A program made the translations under genes and the position numbers. The notes under the pieces were generated by a model that was given only the letters and a program-made list of their open reading frames with translations, was not told the DNA's origin and searched no databases. Shown piece after piece: positions 41,030 through 48,802 of a DNA stretch of 64,000 bases (its first letter is position 1; every line of letters begins with the position of its first letter). The DNA is from Desulfuromonadales bacterium (GTDB lineage: Bacteria > Desulfobacterota > Desulfuromonadia > Desulfuromonadales > SZUA-540), in NCBI GenBank assembly GCA_033549025.1, contig JAWSUS010000003.1, forward strand, positions 137,207-201,206, written 5' to 3'.

Positions 41030-42097
41030 TCAGCTCTTTTCTTTCCGGTGCACCAGCTCCCAGGCTTCTTCCACCAGCGCATCGGCCAGTTCGGCTTGCG
41101 GCACCTTGCGCACCACCTGCCCATGGCGGAAGAGCAGCCCCTGTCCCTTGCCGCCCGCGATACCGATATCGGCCTCACGGGCCTCGCCCGGCCCGTTGAC
41201 CACACAGCCCATCACGGCCACGGTGATCTTCTCCGGCAGGTCGTGCAGACGACGCTCCACCTCTTCGGCCACGGCAATAAGGTCGATCTGGCAGCGGCCA
41301 CAGGTCGGGCAACTCACGAACACCGGCCCGCGCTCGCGCAATTCCAGGGCTTTGAGAATCTCCCAGCCGACCCGCACCTCTTCTACCGGATCACCGGTCA
41401 GGGAGACGCGCAGGGTGTCGCCGATGCCGTCATAGAGCAATGCCCCCAGGCCGATGGCGCTCTTGATGGTACCGCTCCAGGTGGTACCCGCTTCGGTGAT
41501 GCCGATGTGCAGAGGATAATCCACGCGGTCGGCCAACTGGCGATAGGCCTCCACCGTACGGCGGATATCGGAGGCCTTGAGGCTGACCTTGATCTGGTCA
41601 AAGGAGAGATCTTCCAGCAGGCGAATGTGTCCCAGGGCGCTCTCCACCATGGCTTCCGGCGTCGGATGCCCGTAGCGTTCGAGCAGCTCCTTTTCCAGGG
41701 AACCGCCGTTGACGCCGATGCGGATGGGCACGGAACGCTCGGCGCAGGCCCGTACCACTTCCTGTACTTTCCAGCGTTCGCCAATGTTGCCGGGGTTGAT
41801 GCGCAAGCCCTGCACCCCGCTCTCCAGGGAAGCCAGGGCCAGCCGGTAATCGAAATGGATATCGGCAATCACCGGCAGAGGGCTGTCGGCACAGATCCCC
41901 CGCAACGCCAGGGCGGCCTCTTCGTCGGGGACGGCGCAGCGCACGATCTCGCAGCCGGCCGCGAAGAGGCGGCGGATCTGCGCCGTGGTGGCCTGGACGT
42001 CACGGGTATCGGTATTGCACATGGACTGCACGGAAATGGGTGCCCCATCGCCGACAGCGACGTCTCCAACGGTAATCCGGCGTGTTTTTCGACGCAT
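41030..42097 (-). CDS. ispG: 4-hydroxy-3-methylbut-2-en-1-yl diphosphate synthase
   Basis: VQSM, ADIHF, RINPGN, HIGITEAG, SCPTCGR, VMGCVVNGPGE. Confidence 0.98.
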   Translation of the reverse strand: MRRKTRRITVGDVAVGDGAPISVQSMCNTDTRDVQATTAQIRRLFAAGCEIVRCAVPDEEAALALRGICADSPLPVIADIHFDYRLALASLESGVQGLRINPGNIGERWKVQEVVRACAERSVPIRIGVNGGSLEKELLERYGHPTPEAMVESALGHIRLLEDLSFDQIKVSLKASDIRRTVEAYRQLADRVDYPLHIGITEAGTTWSGTIKSAIGLGALLYDGIGDTLRVSLTGDPVEEVRVGWEILKALELRERGPVFVSCPTCGRCQIDLIAVAEEVERRLHDLPEKITVAVMGCVVNGPGEAREADIGIAGGKGQGLLFRHGQVVRKVPQAELADALVEEAWELVHRKEKS

Positions 42098-42181
42098 GGG
42101 TCGTTCCTTTCAGGCAAACAGCGGCCTCGGTCTTCCTCCAGGCGCCTGGCGGCGAGAGGCGGGGCGGCAAAAGTGGGCATG

Positions 42182-42257
42182 AGTTTACGGCCGGCAGAGC
42201 CCCAAGTCAAGGGGCGAGGACTGAGCCGTTGACAGGAAAAAGACGACAGGGTAATGT
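42182..42257. promoter_or_regulatory. back-to-back sigma-70 promoters for ispG (-) and rlmD (+)
   Basis: Minus strand TTGACT-N17-TAAACT (42210-42182); plus strand TTGACA-N17-TAATGT (42229-42257). Confidence 0.7.
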
Positions 42258-42292
42258 GCCTCCAACTTATTAGCAAAGACAGGTCAAATACC

Positions 42293-43726
42293 ATGGAAAA
42301 GAAGAAGAATTTTCGCCGCAGTGCCCCCCGCAAGCTCCAGCGCCCCCCCATCGAACTGACCATCGAGCGACTCAACGACGAAGGGGTCGGCCTTGGGCAC
42401 TATGGCGGCAAAGAGGTTCAGGTGGCCGCTACCCTGCCCGGCGAAAAGATCGCACTGAGCATTGAACATGAAGGGCAGTATCGCATTATCGGCAATCTGG
42501 AGCGGGTCATCACCCCCCACTCCGAACGCCGCCGCCCGCCTTGCTCGCATTTCGGCCGCTGCCTTGGCTGTTCCCTGATTCACCTTAAGGATCAGGCCCA
42601 ACTCCACTTCAAGACCGACCGGGTCAAACAGGCGCTGCAGGCCCACGCCTCCCTCAACGCGGTTCGCGTACATGAAGTCTGGCCGGCGGCCACCACTCTC
42701 GGCTACCGCACCACGGCCAAACTCGCCATGGCCAAGGATCGCGGCAAAGTCAAGATCGGCCTCTACCGGCGCGGTTCCCATACCGTGGTTGATATCGACG
42801 ACTGCCCGCTGCACCATCCGCTCATCAACCGCATCGTGCAGGTGGTCAAACAGGAAGTCGAGCGCCAGGGGATCTACGTCTACAACCCCGCTCGCCAGCG
42901 AGGCCTGCTGCGTTACCTGACCATCCGGGTCAGCCCGACCTTCGACAAAGCCATGGTCACCTTCGTCACTTCCGAAAAGAATTTCCGGGAAATCACCCAT
43001 TTGGCCAAGGGGCTGCAGAAGAAGGTGCCCGAAGTGGTCTCCATTCATCAGAATATCAACAGCTCGGCCGGCAACGTGATTTTCGGCCGCGACACCCTGA
43101 AGATGCTTGGAGCCGTCGATCTCATCGACCAGGTGGGGGATATCCGCCTGCGCATCGCGCCGACCTCCTTCTTCCAGGTGAACAACCCGCAGGCGGCCCG
43201 CATCTATGAACTGGTGCGCCAGTGGGCGGCCCTGCAGCCGGAGGATACGGCCATCGACCTCTACTGCGGCATTGGCGGTATCGCCATGAATCTGGCCCGG
43301 GACGCCGGCCGCGTCATCGGCATCGAAGTCGTCGAGGAAGCGGTGCGTAACGCCCGGGAAAATGCGCAGATGAATGGCATCCAGGGGTGCAGTTTCCGCG
43401 CTGGCGACGCCGCCGAACTGGTGCATGATCTCAGCCACGAGGTTCCGCCCGGCAGCGTCGCCGTGGTCAACCCCCCTCGCGGCGGCTGTGCCCCGGAGGT
43501 GCTTGAAGCGCTGGTGCAGCTGAAACCCCGCACCCTCATCTATGTCTCCTGCAATCCCGACACCCTGGCCCGCGACCTCGACCTGCTAGCCGGCATGGGC
43601 TACCGCACGGAAGAGATCCAGCCCGTCGACATGTTTCCACAGACCTCCCACGTCGAATCCGTCGCCCGCCTGGTGCCCGACCGGGACCGCCTGCCGCGCA
43701 AAAAGAGCCAGCTGTCACCTCTCTAG
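42293..43726 (+). CDS. rlmD: 23S rRNA (uracil-1939-C5)-methyltransferase
   Basis: TRAM-like N-terminus, C..F..C.GC Fe-S motif, FFQVN, DLYCG.G, YVSCNP.TLARD, DMFPQT.HVE; start moved to 42293 because 42254 lies within the -10 box. Confidence 0.92.
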   Translation: MEKKKNFRRSAPRKLQRPPIELTIERLNDEGVGLGHYGGKEVQVAATLPGEKIALSIEHEGQYRIIGNLERVITPHSERRRPPCSHFGRCLGCSLIHLKDQAQLHFKTDRVKQALQAHASLNAVRVHEVWPAATTLGYRTTAKLAMAKDRGKVKIGLYRRGSHTVVDIDDCPLHHPLINRIVQVVKQEVERQGIYVYNPARQRGLLRYLTIRVSPTFDKAMVTFVTSEKNFREITHLAKGLQKKVPEVVSIHQNINSSAGNVIFGRDTLKMLGAVDLIDQVGDIRLRIAPTSFFQVNNPQAARIYELVRQWAALQPEDTAIDLYCGIGGIAMNLARDAGRVIGIEVVEEAVRNARENAQMNGIQGCSFRAGDAAELVHDLSHEVPPGSVAVVNPPRGGCAPEVLEALVQLKPRTLIYVSCNPDTLARDLDLLAGMGYRTEEIQPVDMFPQTSHVESVARLVPDRDRLPRKKSQLSPL

Positions 43727-43738
43727 GGTTCAAATGAC

Positions 43739-43774
43739 AAGAGGCCCTGCCGATTCATGACGGCAGGGCCTCTT
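43739..43774. terminator. hairpin terminator between convergent genes
   Basis: 14-bp stem AAGAGGCCCTGCCG / CGGCAGGGCCTCTT. Confidence 0.8.
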
Positions 43775-43799
43775 CTTCTGGAACGAAACAGCGGACGGA

Positions 43800-44024
43800 T
43801 CAGGGCTGCTTGTCCTCAGCGGCCAGTTCCTTCAGTCTTTCCTGGGCCCGCGCGGCATAAGAGGACGCCGGATATTTTTCCATCAATTCCGTGTACAGCC
43901 GCACGGCCTGGGTCTGATTGAACTGTTTCTCCTCCAGCACGGCGGTCTCATAGAGATCCTTGGCTCGGTCCCCGCAGCCAGCCAGCGCCAAGGCCAGCAC
44001 GATCACTCCCAACAATTTTCGCAT
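43800..44024 (-). CDS. small lipoprotein with one TPR-like helical hairpin
   Basis: Lipobox LAGC; A..LY..L..KYP.S.YA..A..RL pattern. Confidence 0.75.
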   Translation of the reverse strand: MRKLLGVIVLALALAGCGDRAKDLYETAVLEEKQFNQTQAVRLYTELMEKYPASSYAARAQERLKELAAEDKQP

Positions 44025-44026
44025 GG

Positions 44027-44602
44027 TCACTCCCCCCTACCGTTCAATGGTCTTGTTACCGTAAAGGCGCCCCGGATATCGCCCGGCGAAAACCCTGTCG
44101 CCTGATCCTGCGGGTAAAGCCGCTTCAACGCTTCCTGCACATCGGCATCGATGTCCTGACCATGGCAGAGCAGGCAGATCGAACCCATAGGGATGGCCTT
44201 CATGTAACGCAGCTCCCTTCGCCCCTCAGTCGACACCACCTCACTATACTCCAGAGAGGTCGGATCCTTCCCCTGCTTCCGCAGCTGTTCGAAGCGCTCC
44301 AGCACCTGTCGCTCCCAGGCATCCGGGGCATTGGCCGGATTACGCAGCCGCAGGCTGGTACGGGCGACCTTCCCGCCAGATTCCCGGGATAGCCGCGCGG
44401 CAATGGCCGGGGCCTTTTGCTGGCAGACACTTACCGCCTCAACCGGTCCCTGGGTGCGGATCGCCGATTCCAACTCGCCCTTCAACTCCGCCATGAAGGC
44501 GCCAACAAGGGCGCGGCTTTCCGTCACTGCCGTCTCCTGTGCCCGGACCGGCAACGCCATCATCACCATGAGCAGCACCAGAACACCTGTCCAACGAGCC
44601 AT
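44027..44602 (-). CDS. exported mono-heme c protein, DUF3365/Tll0287-like
   Basis: Signal peptide from MARWTGVL; RTSL.LRNP.NAPD.WE, RYMKAI, CLLCHG, YP.DQA.GF..GD.RGAF. True start is 44602; the ORF-track extension is the antisense of yedF. Confidence 0.85.
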   Translation of the reverse strand: MARWTGVLVLLMVMMALPVRAQETAVTESRALVGAFMAELKGELESAIRTQGPVEAVSVCQQKAPAIAARLSRESGGKVARTSLRLRNPANAPDAWERQVLERFEQLRKQGKDPTSLEYSEVVSTEGRRELRYMKAIPMGSICLLCHGQDIDADVQEALKRLYPQDQATGFSPGDIRGAFTVTRPLNGRGE

Positions 44603-44698
44603 CTTGATCACTCCTTTACAGAGGGCAAAACCTGCTTGCAAATCACGCAACGAGAGACTAGTATAGCAGCGTTTTGAACGGATTCGAGAGGAACGGCC

Positions 44699-45283
44699 AT
44701 GGACACCCTGGATTGCCGCGGCAAAAAATGCCCCCAGCCGGTGATAGAAACGCGCAAGGTTCTGCTGACCAACCCCGCCGCCAGCCAGCGCGTTCTGGTC
44801 AGTGACGAGACGGCCCGTCAAAACGTCAGCCGTCTGGCCGAAAGCCTGGGGCGCTCCGTCATCGCTACCGCGACCGAAGGGGGCTTCGCCCTGGAAATCT
44901 CCGCCGGGGCAACACAGGAAGCGGCCGCCGCCGAACCGGCTGTCCACGGCAAAACCGTGGTCTTCGTCAGCTCGGACAAAATGGGCAGCGGCGACGATGA
45001 ACTCGGGCATATTTTGATGAAAAACTTCATCTTTACCCTGCTCGAGATCAATCCCGTTCCCGATGCCCTCTATTTCGTCAATGCCGGCGTCAAACTGACC
45101 ACAAAGGGTTCGGACGTTCTCGAAGCGCTGGCGCGCCTCGCCGACCAGGGAGCCGATATCGCCTCCTGCGGGCTCTGTCTCGAATTCTTCGACCTGAAAG
45201 AAAGTCTCGCCGTCGGGCGGGCGACCAACATGCTCGACACGGTGGAAACGCTTAGCAAAGCGGGGCGCATCATCCGCCCCTGA
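44699..45283 (+). CDS. yedF: sulfurtransferase-like selenium metabolism protein (SirA/TusA + DsrE domains)
   Basis: LDCRG..CPQPV (TusA motif) fused to MG.GD.ELG.IL...F.N.GV.L...SCG.CL (DsrE-like); ends 22 nt before tRNA-Sec. Confidence 0.85.
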   Translation: MDTLDCRGKKCPQPVIETRKVLLTNPAASQRVLVSDETARQNVSRLAESLGRSVIATATEGGFALEISAGATQEAAAAEPAVHGKTVVFVSSDKMGSGDDELGHILMKNFIFTLLEINPVPDALYFVNAGVKLTTKGSDVLEALARLADQGADIASCGLCLEFFDLKESLAVGRATNMLDTVETLSKAGRIIRP

Positions 45284-45305
45284 GAATAAAATTCCGTCAC
45301 CTTAA

Positions 45306-45401
45306 GGGAGTAGGTAGTAGTCTGGTGACGCTCCCGGTCTTCAAAACCGGTGGGGGGCGTATCCCGTCCCCGGTGGGTTCGATTCCCATCTGCTCCCGCC
45401 A
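45306..45401 (+). tRNA. selC: tRNA-Sec (TCA)
   Basis: 96 nt; 8-bp acceptor stem GGGAGTAG/CTGCTCCC, anticodon arm CCGGT-CTTCAAA-ACCGG, long variable arm, GGTTCGATTCC T-arm, G discriminator + CCA. Confidence 0.96.
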
Positions 45402-45402
45402 A
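45339..45402 (+). repeat. attL core (3' part of tRNA-Sec)
   Basis: CTTCAAAACCGGTGGGGGGCG...CTCCCGCCAA, identical to 48876-48939. Confidence 0.95.
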
Positions 45403-45407
45403 TTAAT

Positions 45408-45450
45408 AAAAACAAGGGGTTACGGTTCTTCCGTAGCCCTTTTGTTTTTT
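45408..45450 (+). terminator. element-derived terminator after the restored tRNA-Sec
   Basis: AAGGGGTTACGG-TTCTT-CCGTAGCCCTTT followed by TGTTTTTT. Confidence 0.7.
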
Positions 45451-45474
45451 AATTTTCGCTAATCTTCTTGCCTT

Positions 45475-45503
45475 TTGTGACAAATTTGTGACAATTGTGA
45501 CAA
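45475..45503 (+). repeat. three tandem TTGTGACAA (putative integrase arm-type sites, left end)
   Basis: Copies at 45475, 45486 and 45495; same motif occurs at the right end. Confidence 0.8.
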
Positions 45504-45538
45504 ATTCAACAACCACCACCAAGGCACGAGGGGAGAAA

Positions 45539-46516
45539 ATGGCGACAATCGTTAAACGCGGGAAAAGCGCCTGGCTTGCTCGGATCAGGAGAAAAGGGTA
45601 CCCACCCCAGACCAAGACCTTTGACAGCAAGGCAGAGGCCGCAGCATGGGCCAGGGGCGTTGAAGCGTCTATGGACCGGGGGCTTTTTGTTGACTACTCG
45701 GAGGCAGAGGGAACAACGCTGGCCGCCGCCCTGGGCCGATACGAAAGGGAAGTTACCAGCAAGAAAAAAGGCAAGGGACAGGAAAAAGACCGCCTGAACG
45801 TGTGGCGGGGGTCTGCTCTAGCCGCCCGCTCTCTGGTCAGCATCAGGAGCGCGGATATTGCAGCATGGCGCGACGGGCGACTTGAGGCGGGGATCTCGCC
45901 GCACACCGTCTGCAACGACCTCTCCCTCCTTTCTCACGTCTACCGGGTAGCGGCCACGGACTGGGGCATTGCGGGCCTGACGAACCCCTGTGAGCACGTG
46001 CGCCGACCAAAGAGGCCGGAGGGAAGAGACAGGAGACTGGAGGCCGGAGAAGAAGAACGGTTACTGGCCGCCCTGCCCGCCTCTGTCGGGGCGGTGGTTC
46101 GGCTGGCGCTGGAAACAGGAGCAAGGCGGGGGGAGATATTGGCGCTGAGGTGGGAAAATATCGACCTGGGGAAAAGAACGGCCCGCCTCCCAGACACAAA
46201 AAACGGGACGGCGCGGGACCTCCCCCTTTCAACCAGGGCTGCGGAGGTGTTGCGGCAGCAACCACGGCGCCTGCATGATTCCAGAGTCTTCCAGATCACG
46301 CCGGCGCACGTGTCAAAAAGCTTCCGGGAGGCGTGCGAGCGGGCAGGGATTGAGGATTTGAGATTTCACGACCTCCGCCATGAGGCCACCAGCCGCCTGT
46401 TTGAAAAGGGGCTGAACCCCATGCAGGTGGCAGCGATCACAGGCCACAAGACCCTGGTGATGCTGCGAAGATACACCCACCTGCGGGCGGAGGATTTGGC
46501 CGCGCTGCTGGGATGA
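45539..46516 (+). CDS. int: tyrosine recombinase/integrase, Rci/HP1-like
   Basis: TGARRGEI (R), TKNG (K), HDLRH (HxxR), GHK...RYTH (H, Y); N-terminal arm-binding domain MATIVKRG..W.ARIRRKG; ATG at 45539 after GGGAG. Confidence 0.95.
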   Translation: MATIVKRGKSAWLARIRRKGYPPQTKTFDSKAEAAAWARGVEASMDRGLFVDYSEAEGTTLAAALGRYEREVTSKKKGKGQEKDRLNVWRGSALAARSLVSIRSADIAAWRDGRLEAGISPHTVCNDLSLLSHVYRVAATDWGIAGLTNPCEHVRRPKRPEGRDRRLEAGEEERLLAALPASVGAVVRLALETGARRGEILALRWENIDLGKRTARLPDTKNGTARDLPLSTRAAEVLRQQPRRLHDSRVFQITPAHVSKSFREACERAGIEDLRFHDLRHEATSRLFEKGLNPMQVAAITGHKTLVMLRRYTHLRAEDLAALLG

Positions 46517-46589
46517 CGGAAAATGGCCTAGAATCGATTTAAAGCGATTGGGTCTAGGGTGGTGGTGGTTGAGTGAATCTTTTTCAATC

Positions 46590-47093
46590 CTAGCCCCCTT
46601 TTTGTTCGTTCTGGGACGTTTTCACAAGGCGGAGGTGACGGCGTTTTTCCGTGGCGCCTTGCTGGAGGGTCCCTTTCCAGCCGATACAGGGGTTGAGGGT
46701 ATAACTCTTGTGGGGTCCGTGCTGCGTCTCTCCCGGGAGGATGACGCCGGCTTCCAGCAGCTTCTTGATGCTGCGGGAGAGATTAGGCTGAGAAAGGTTC
46801 ATTTCCTTAGCTAGCCCGACCTGGTTGACTAAGACCTCGTTCCCATGGCGCAGAGCCTTCAGCAACTTGAAGAAAACCTTGAAGTCAGCACCGGTCAAAC
46901 TGTCACACGTCGATAAATAATCCAGTCCCATCTCTCCGTCTCCCTGCCACAAAATCAACCACTGCTCGTCGGTCTTCGTCTTCTTTTCTACCAGCATCAG
47001 ATTGACCGGGGTAGTGGTTTTTTCCACCACCCCTTTCTCGATGTGGTACGTGGTTTGCTCTAAACTGTGCGCTATCTCTTTGTTTTTACTCAT
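46590..47093 (-). CDS. RepL-like replication/maintenance protein (winged HTH)
   Basis: 167 aa; W...WQ, LTG.DFKVF..LL, N.V.VNQ..LAKEM..SQPNLSRSIKKL.E.G.I, Y.LNP.IGWKG, resembling small-plasmid RepL proteins; GGAGG RBS. Confidence 0.75.
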   Translation of the reverse strand: MSKNKEIAHSLEQTTYHIEKGVVEKTTTPVNLMLVEKKTKTDEQWLILWQGDGEMGLDYLSTCDSLTGADFKVFFKLLKALRHGNEVLVNQVGLAKEMNLSQPNLSRSIKKLLEAGVILPGETQHGPHKSYTLNPCIGWKGTLQQGATEKRRHLRLVKTSQNEQKGG

Positions 47094-47120
47094 GCTTTTA
47101 CCTCCCCACCTCCGTTGAAA

Positions 47121-47179
47121 TGATATGAACTATATCACCTGTGATATGGGTTATATCATCCGTGATATACCAAAGTCAA
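47121..47179 (-). promoter_or_regulatory. repL promoter overlapped by palindromic boxes with a 21-bp period
   Basis: Minus strand TTGACT-N18-TATAAC (47179-47150); ATATCA-N4-TGATAT at 47132-47147 and 47153-47168; extra TGATAT at 47121. Confidence 0.7.
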
Positions 47180-47284
47180 GTGTTTTCAACTGTTTGAGTG
47201 CGAAGCACGAGTGTATTAGAATCAAAATCTTTAACCTTTTTTTGTTTCTTTTTTTACGCACTACTTTACTCAACAATCATTTCT

Positions 47285-47491
47285 CTATTCTTCTATCACC
47301 CTTCGAACAATCTTCCTTGCCTGCTTCAATGCACTCTCCCTAACGAATACTGACGGCTCCCTGTCTTCCAGCCGCGCGGCCTGTTCTATCTCATCCCATT
47401 GACCCTGAGTGAACGCCACGCTCTTAACTACCCTGAAAGCATCTTCCTTGCGCGGTCTGCCTGGAATTCCTTTCCTATTGCCCATTTTCAA
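47285..47491 (-). CDS. small ribbon-helix-helix-like DNA-binding protein
   Basis: GRPRK, beta-strand KSVAFT, then two helices (QWDEIEQAA, PSVFVRESALKQA); start overlaps the upstream stop (ATGA). Confidence 0.65.
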   Translation of the reverse strand: MKMGNRKGIPGRPRKEDAFRVVKSVAFTQGQWDEIEQAARLEDREPSVFVRESALKQARKIVRRVIEE

Positions 47492-47973
47492 CCCCTCCCA
47501 AACATGTTCTTAGCACTGCCTACCAGACCTCCGGCCCTGCGGGTTTTTTCTTCCTTGACGTAGTTTTCAACCAGGTCCAAAGAGTCCTTCAGAGCCTTGG
47601 TCCTAGGGAAGGCCAGGCGGAACGCCTTCACCGCCTCGTCAACGGCTTCCTTGTTGGTGTTTTTTTCCTCCCGCATGGCGTCGGCAATAGATTTGATCTG
47701 GCTCTGTGTGTGGGCGTTGATCTTGTCTATCAGCTTTGCCATCTCCGTTATTACCCTGGTTCTCTCGGCGGTTGCCTGCTCTCTCGCCGCTTCCATAGTC
47801 TCAGCCAGCTTGATATCAATCCTCGCTATCAGCCTTTCTTCAAGCGCCGTCGCCTCGGACTCAGCGGAGATAAGCGCCCGCGCCGCCTCTGTCGGCGTGC
47901 AGCCCCTTTCCTCCGCCAGCTTCATCAAAAATCGAAACTCCCCTTCCCCCATCCTGATGTTGATCTGTTTCAT
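47488..47973 (-). CDS. RHH-like N-terminus fused to a long coiled coil
   Basis: MKQINIRM...FL..LAEERGCT.TEAARALI, then about 120 helical Ala/Glu/Lys-rich residues; AGGAGGTG RBS. Confidence 0.7.
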   Translation of the reverse strand: MKQINIRMGEGEFRFLMKLAEERGCTPTEAARALISAESEATALEERLIARIDIKLAETMEAAREQATAERTRVITEMAKLIDKINAHTQSQIKSIADAMREEKNTNKEAVDEAVKAFRLAFPRTKALKDSLDLVENYVKEEKTRRAGGLVGSAKNMFGRG

Positions 47974-48238
47974 TTTTTCACCTCCTTTTTGATATTATCA
48001 TAATATCGAAATTGCCCCGAAAGGTAAAGGCAATTTTCATATTATCGTATTATGAAAAGGATTTCCGATGGCGTCAGACAAATGGCTGACAGTGATATCA
48101 GAACAGGCGTGGTTGGTTGATATCGCGGGCACACGCCGCAAAATGGGCGCTGTCGCCGTTATTGCAAGGGCTGGTGATATCGCTCCCGATATCGCGTGCA
48201 CACAGCATAGATGTTGGGCTGGCGGCCCGCTGGCGACA

Positions 48239-48272
48239 GCACACCCTACCACCAAGGGTGAGTAGGGTGTGC
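48239..48272 (+). other. long hairpin, candidate oriT/nick site
   Basis: GCACACCCTAC-CACC-AAG-GGTG-A-GTAGGGTGTGC. The hairpin is certain; the function is inferred. Confidence 0.45.
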
Positions 48273-48711
48273 AAGCTAACCACATGTCGCCTTTCTGGGC
48301 CAACGTGCTTCTGTCTGGGCTTTTTCTCCCGGCGCGTGGCGGCGGGCGGTGTGTTCATGATCGGGCAATAGGAAAGGAAAATTTGTCGTTTCTCTGCGCC
48401 CCGTGCGCCGGGTCCGGGTTCCGCCTTGCCCCACTATCCCCTTGAGGGATAGCGGGCCTCTCGGCGCTCGCCCTCGCTCGCCCTCCCCCGGAACTCCCCT
48501 TGCTGCCTGACTGGTGTTTTTAGACCTTGGTAGGGAAGGCTGGCCTAGCTGAAAGGTCCCTGCCAGAGAACGGCCAGCAGAGAATAATCACTGATCCCTT
48601 CCCCACGCCTTTAAGCCTTTGACCTGACGAAGCGACGGCGAAGTCACCTCCGCGCCTCGTGGGTCAGAATGCGCCTCGCGACTGTCCGCCCGCGAGTTGA
48701 CACGGAAGGGA

Positions 48712-48802
48712 TGTGACAATTTGTGACAAGGGAATTTTTGTTCTTTGTGGGCTGGTGTCACGGGATGGTTAAATCTGATGATTTGTGACAAATTTGTGAC
48801 AA
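48712..48802 (+). repeat. four (T)TGTGACAA in two pairs (putative arm-type sites, right end)
   Basis: Copies at 48712, 48721, 48783 and 48794, in the same orientation as the left-end copies. Confidence 0.8.

Noticed and set aside
44603..45010. N-terminal extension of the DUF3365-like ORF in the track (327 aa)
   Set aside because: It overlaps yedF on the opposite strand; a signal peptide and RBS support the ATG at 44602.
45475..45503. TTGTGACAA repeats as a CRISPR array or as shufflon inversion sites
   Set aside because: The units are 9 bp without unique spacers and no cas genes are present. All copies are co-oriented and sit at the element ends, so there are no invertible cassettes despite the Rci-like integrase.
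48032..48060. dif/Xer-like site (TTCATAT-N7-TTATGAAAA)
   Set aside because: Poor match to the XerD arm TTATGTTAAAT and wrong spacer length; better explained as a repeat of the 47991 palindrome.
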